The notes under the pieces were generated by a model. The model ran no database searches. It was not told the DNA's origin and saw nothing but the letters and a program-made list of their open reading frames with translations. From positions 16,605 to 80,604 of the forward strand of contig JAYFRX010000001.1 in assembly GCA_040946945.1 (NCBI GenBank): DNA of 64,000 nucleotides. The letters run 5' to 3'. This document shows, one piece after another, positions 40,179 to 64,000 of the stretch; position 1 is the stretch's first letter; each line of letters starts with the position of its first letter. The stretch is from Burkholderia sp. Its GTDB lineage: Bacteria; Pseudomonadota; Gammaproteobacteria; Burkholderiales; Burkholderiaceae. The position numbers and the translations under genes were made by a program.

Positions 40179-41324
40179 ATGAGCGTTTACATGTTTCCGG
40201 GTCAGGGTTCCCAAGTCAAAGGCATGGGTACCGACCTGTTCGCCTCGTTCCCGGAACTGACCGAGACGGCCGACCGCATCCTCGGCTACTCGGTCCGCGA
40301 ACTGTGCCTGGAAGACCCGCAGCGGCAACTGGGCCAGACGCGCTACACGCAGCCGGCGTTGTATGTGATCAATGCACTGTCCTATCGCCGGCGCCTGCAC
40401 GAGCATGGCGCGCCCGCTTACGTTCTGGGCCACAGCCTGGGCGAATACAACGCGCTGGAGGCGGCTGGCGTGATCGGCTTCGAGGACGGCCTGCGCCTGG
40501 TGCGCAAGCGCGGCGAGCTGATGAGCGAGGCCCCGCCCGGCGCGATGGCAGCGGTGATCGGGCTGGACGAGGCTGCGATCGGCGCGCTGCTGGGCAGGCA
40601 CGGCCTGGACGCGATCGACATCGCCAACCTCAACGGCCCGAGCCAGACCATCATTTCCGGGCTGAAGGAAGACATCGTCCGCGCCGCGCCGCTGTTCGAG
40701 GCCGAGCAGGCGCGCTTCGTGCCGCTCAATACCAGCGGCGCCTTCCACTCGCGCTACATGGCCGCGGCCCGCCAGGCCTTCGCCGCCTACCTGGGCGAGT
40801 TCCATTTCAACAAGCCGCGCATCCCGGTGATCTCGAACGTCGAGGCCCAGCCGTATGCGCTCGAGCGCGTCGCCGAGCTGCTGGCCGCGCAGATCACGCG
40901 GCCGGTGCAGTGGAGCCGCTCGATTCACTACCTGCTGGCGCTGGGGCAGAGCGAATTCCTCGAACTCGGGACGGGGCAGGTGCTGACGCGGCTGCTGGTT
41001 GACATCAGGAAACATGCGCCCGCCGTGGCTGCGTCCCCGGCCGTTGCGCCGACCCCGGTTGCCGTTGCGGCGGCAAGCACCGCGCCCTCGGTGCTCGTCT
41101 ACGACCGCGAGCGCGAACTGAGGCGGCTGCAGCAGCGCATCGACGACTGGAACCGCCGCTACCCGGTCGGCACGCGCGTACAGGTCGACCGCTATCAGCA
41201 GCAACTGGTCACGCGCACCCCGGCAATGTCGCTGTTCGGACATCGCGCGGCGATCTACCTGGAAGGCTACAACGGCTATTTCGAGCTGGCCGACGTGCAT
41301 CCGCTCCACGGAGCCTCGGCATGA
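40179..41324 (+). CDS. lgaE: Trans-acting malonyl-CoA:ACP acyltransferase (FabD-like) with C-terminal extension (probable LgaE homologue)
   Basis: MFPGQGSQ, TQPAL, active-site GHSLG, and the malonyl-type GAFHS motif. ATG at 40179 follows GGAGA at 40166-40170. Gene symbol is inferred. Confidence 0.93.
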   Translation: MSVYMFPGQGSQVKGMGTDLFASFPELTETADRILGYSVRELCLEDPQRQLGQTRYTQPALYVINALSYRRRLHEHGAPAYVLGHSLGEYNALEAAGVIGFEDGLRLVRKRGELMSEAPPGAMAAVIGLDEAAIGALLGRHGLDAIDIANLNGPSQTIISGLKEDIVRAAPLFEAEQARFVPLNTSGAFHSRYMAAARQAFAAYLGEFHFNKPRIPVISNVEAQPYALERVAELLAAQITRPVQWSRSIHYLLALGQSEFLELGTGQVLTRLLVDIRKHAPAVAASPAVAPTPVAVAAASTAPSVLVYDRERELRRLQQRIDDWNRRYPVGTRVQVDRYQQQLVTRTPAMSLFGHRAAIYLEGYNGYFELADVHPLHGASA

Positions 41325-42706
41325 ACGCGATCCCGAAAGGCTACGCGGTACCCAGCATCAGCATCGAGCGACTCGGCTCGCCGGCCTTCAAGCAGGACCA
41401 CGGCCTGCGCTATCCCTACGTGGCCGGCTCGATGGTGAAGGGGATCGCCTCGGCCGCGATGGTGATCAACATGAGCCGCGCAGGCTTCCTTGGCTACTTC
41501 GGCACCGGGGCCCTGGACACGGCCTCGATCGAGCACGCCATCCTCGAGATCCAGGCCGCGCTTGGCGACGGGCAGCCATACGGCATGAACCTGCTGAGCA
41601 ACGCCTCCACGCCGCAGGCCGAGATGGACACGGTGGACCTGTTCCTCAAGCACGGCGTGCGGCGTGTGGAGGCTTCCGCTTACATGCAGATCACCGCGCC
41701 GCTGGTGAAGTACCGCGCCAGCGGTCTGCGGCGCGACGCGCAAGGCACTGTGGTGGCGCGCAACATGATCCTCGCCAAGCTCTCGCGTCCCGAGGTGGCC
41801 GCGCTGTTCCTGAACCCGTCGCCGAACAAGCTGCTGGCCGCGCTGGTGGCAGGCGGGGCGATCAGTGCCGCCGAGGCCGAGCTGGCGGGTCTGTTGCCGA
41901 TGGCTGACGACATCTGCGTGGAAGCCGATTCGGGCGGCCATACCGACATGGGCGTGCTGTCCACGCTGCTGCCCAGCATCGTGCGCTTGCGCGACGAGAT
42001 GGTGGCGCGCCACGGCTACGCGAGGACCGTGCGGGTCGGCGGTGCCGGCGGCATTGGCACGCCGGAGGCCGCGGCCACCGCCTTCATCCTCGGCGCCGAT
42101 TTCATCCTCACCGGCTCGATCAACCAATGCACTGTGGAGGCCGGCACTAGCGAGGTGGCCAAGGACCTGCTGCAGCAGGTCAACGTGCAGGACATGGACT
42201 ACTGCCCTTCGGGCAGTCTGTTCGAGCTCGGCGCTAAGACCCAGGTGCTGAAGAAGGGCGTGTTCTTCCCGGCCCGTGCCAACAAGCTCTACGAGCTCTG
42301 GAAGAATCACGCGTCCTGGGAGGAGATCGACGCGAAGACGCGCGAGCAGATCCAGGACAAGTACTTCATGCGCAGCTTCGAGTCGGTCTACGATGAGACC
42401 CGCACGTATTTCTTGCGCGCCGCGCCCGGCGAGATCGAGAAGGCCGAGAAGAACCCCAAGCACAAGCTGGCCCTGGTGTTCCGCTGGTACTTCGTGCACA
42501 CCATGCGCCTCGCGATGAGTGGATCGCGCCAGCAGAAGGTGGATTACCAGATTCACTGCGGACCGGCGATGGGTGCCTTCAACCAGTGGGTCAAGGACAC
42601 TGAGCTGGAGAACTGGCGCAATCGCCGCGTCGCCGAGATCTCGCGGATGCTGCTGGAGGAGACCGTGCAATTGCTCAATCGCAGTTTCCTGGCGATGAGC
42701 GGCTGA
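41321..42706 (+). CDS. lgaF: Trans-acting FMN-dependent enoylreductase, PfaD/FabK family (probable LgaF homologue)
   Basis: PfaD-family motifs GSMVKGIAS, VEASAY, KLSRPEVA, EADSGGHTD, GGIGTP, TGSINQCTVEAGTS, FPARANKLY, QIHCGPAMGAFN. ATGA overlap with the AT gene. Gene symbol is inferred. Confidence 0.93.
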   Translation: MNAIPKGYAVPSISIERLGSPAFKQDHGLRYPYVAGSMVKGIASAAMVINMSRAGFLGYFGTGALDTASIEHAILEIQAALGDGQPYGMNLLSNASTPQAEMDTVDLFLKHGVRRVEASAYMQITAPLVKYRASGLRRDAQGTVVARNMILAKLSRPEVAALFLNPSPNKLLAALVAGGAISAAEAELAGLLPMADDICVEADSGGHTDMGVLSTLLPSIVRLRDEMVARHGYARTVRVGGAGGIGTPEAAATAFILGADFILTGSINQCTVEAGTSEVAKDLLQQVNVQDMDYCPSGSLFELGAKTQVLKKGVFFPARANKLYELWKNHASWEEIDAKTREQIQDKYFMRSFESVYDETRTYFLRAAPGEIEKAEKNPKHKLALVFRWYFVHTMRLAMSGSRQQKVDYQIHCGPAMGAFNQWVKDTELENWRNRRVAEISRMLLEETVQLLNRSFLAMSG

Positions 42707-42837
42707 GGCGCGCCCGCGTGCCCACCTGAAGAAAGCGGCGGGCGGCCCCCGGCCCACGCAGGCCCGCCCGATGCGTTGCCTTACCTGCCTGATTTGCCCG
42801 GCGGCAGCCGTGTTCGCCGCTCTTGCCCGTTGAAGCT

Positions 42838-42842
42838 AGGAG
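42838..42842 (+). promoter_or_regulatory. Ribosome-binding site of the GNAT-PKS gene
   Basis: AGGAG six bases upstream of GTG 42849. Confidence 0.75.
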
Positions 42843-42848
42843 AATGCA

Positions 42849-64000
<21,152 letters not shown>

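Noticed and set aside
42739-42770. Possible terminator hairpin (CGGGCGG...CCGCCCG) after the ER gene
   Set aside because: Only a 7-bp stem with a long loop and no U-tract, which is expected by chance at this GC content.

Overview
The whole window is the interior of one GC-rich, entirely plus-strand trans-AT PKS/NRPS biosynthetic gene cluster. In order it holds: the 3' part of a hybrid NRPS-PKS gene (<1-16097); a large PKS gene broken by an apparent -1 frameshift near 31033 (16094-31105 plus ~31033-36297); a terminal KS-KR-ACP-ACP gene with no thioesterase (36294-40130); a stand-alone malonyl acyltransferase with an unexplained C-terminal mini-domain (40179-41324); a PfaD/FabK-type trans-enoylreductase (41321-42706); and a >7000-codon PKS gene with a GNAT-type loading module (42849->64000), which the ORF track omits because it has no stop in the window. 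Reading the modules after the PCP predicts the aminopropyl-methyl-spiroacetal-methyl chain of bistramide/lagriamide-type compounds, so this is most likely a lagriamide (lga/lgb)-family cluster of a Burkholderiales bacterium. That assignment and the lga gene symbols are inference from domain logic and recalled gene order, not a database hit. The most notable features are two serine-less ACP-like domains inserted inside KS flanking subdomains, a KS0|KS protein junction with a shared DFDATP motif, a bare KS-ACP module where a methylating module is expected, cis-ERs placed after the ACP, an 8775-bp-offset module duplication with a ~400-bp identical tract, and many Arg-to-Cys (C-to-T) changes suggesting drift. 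Domain coordinates are read by eye and are approximate.
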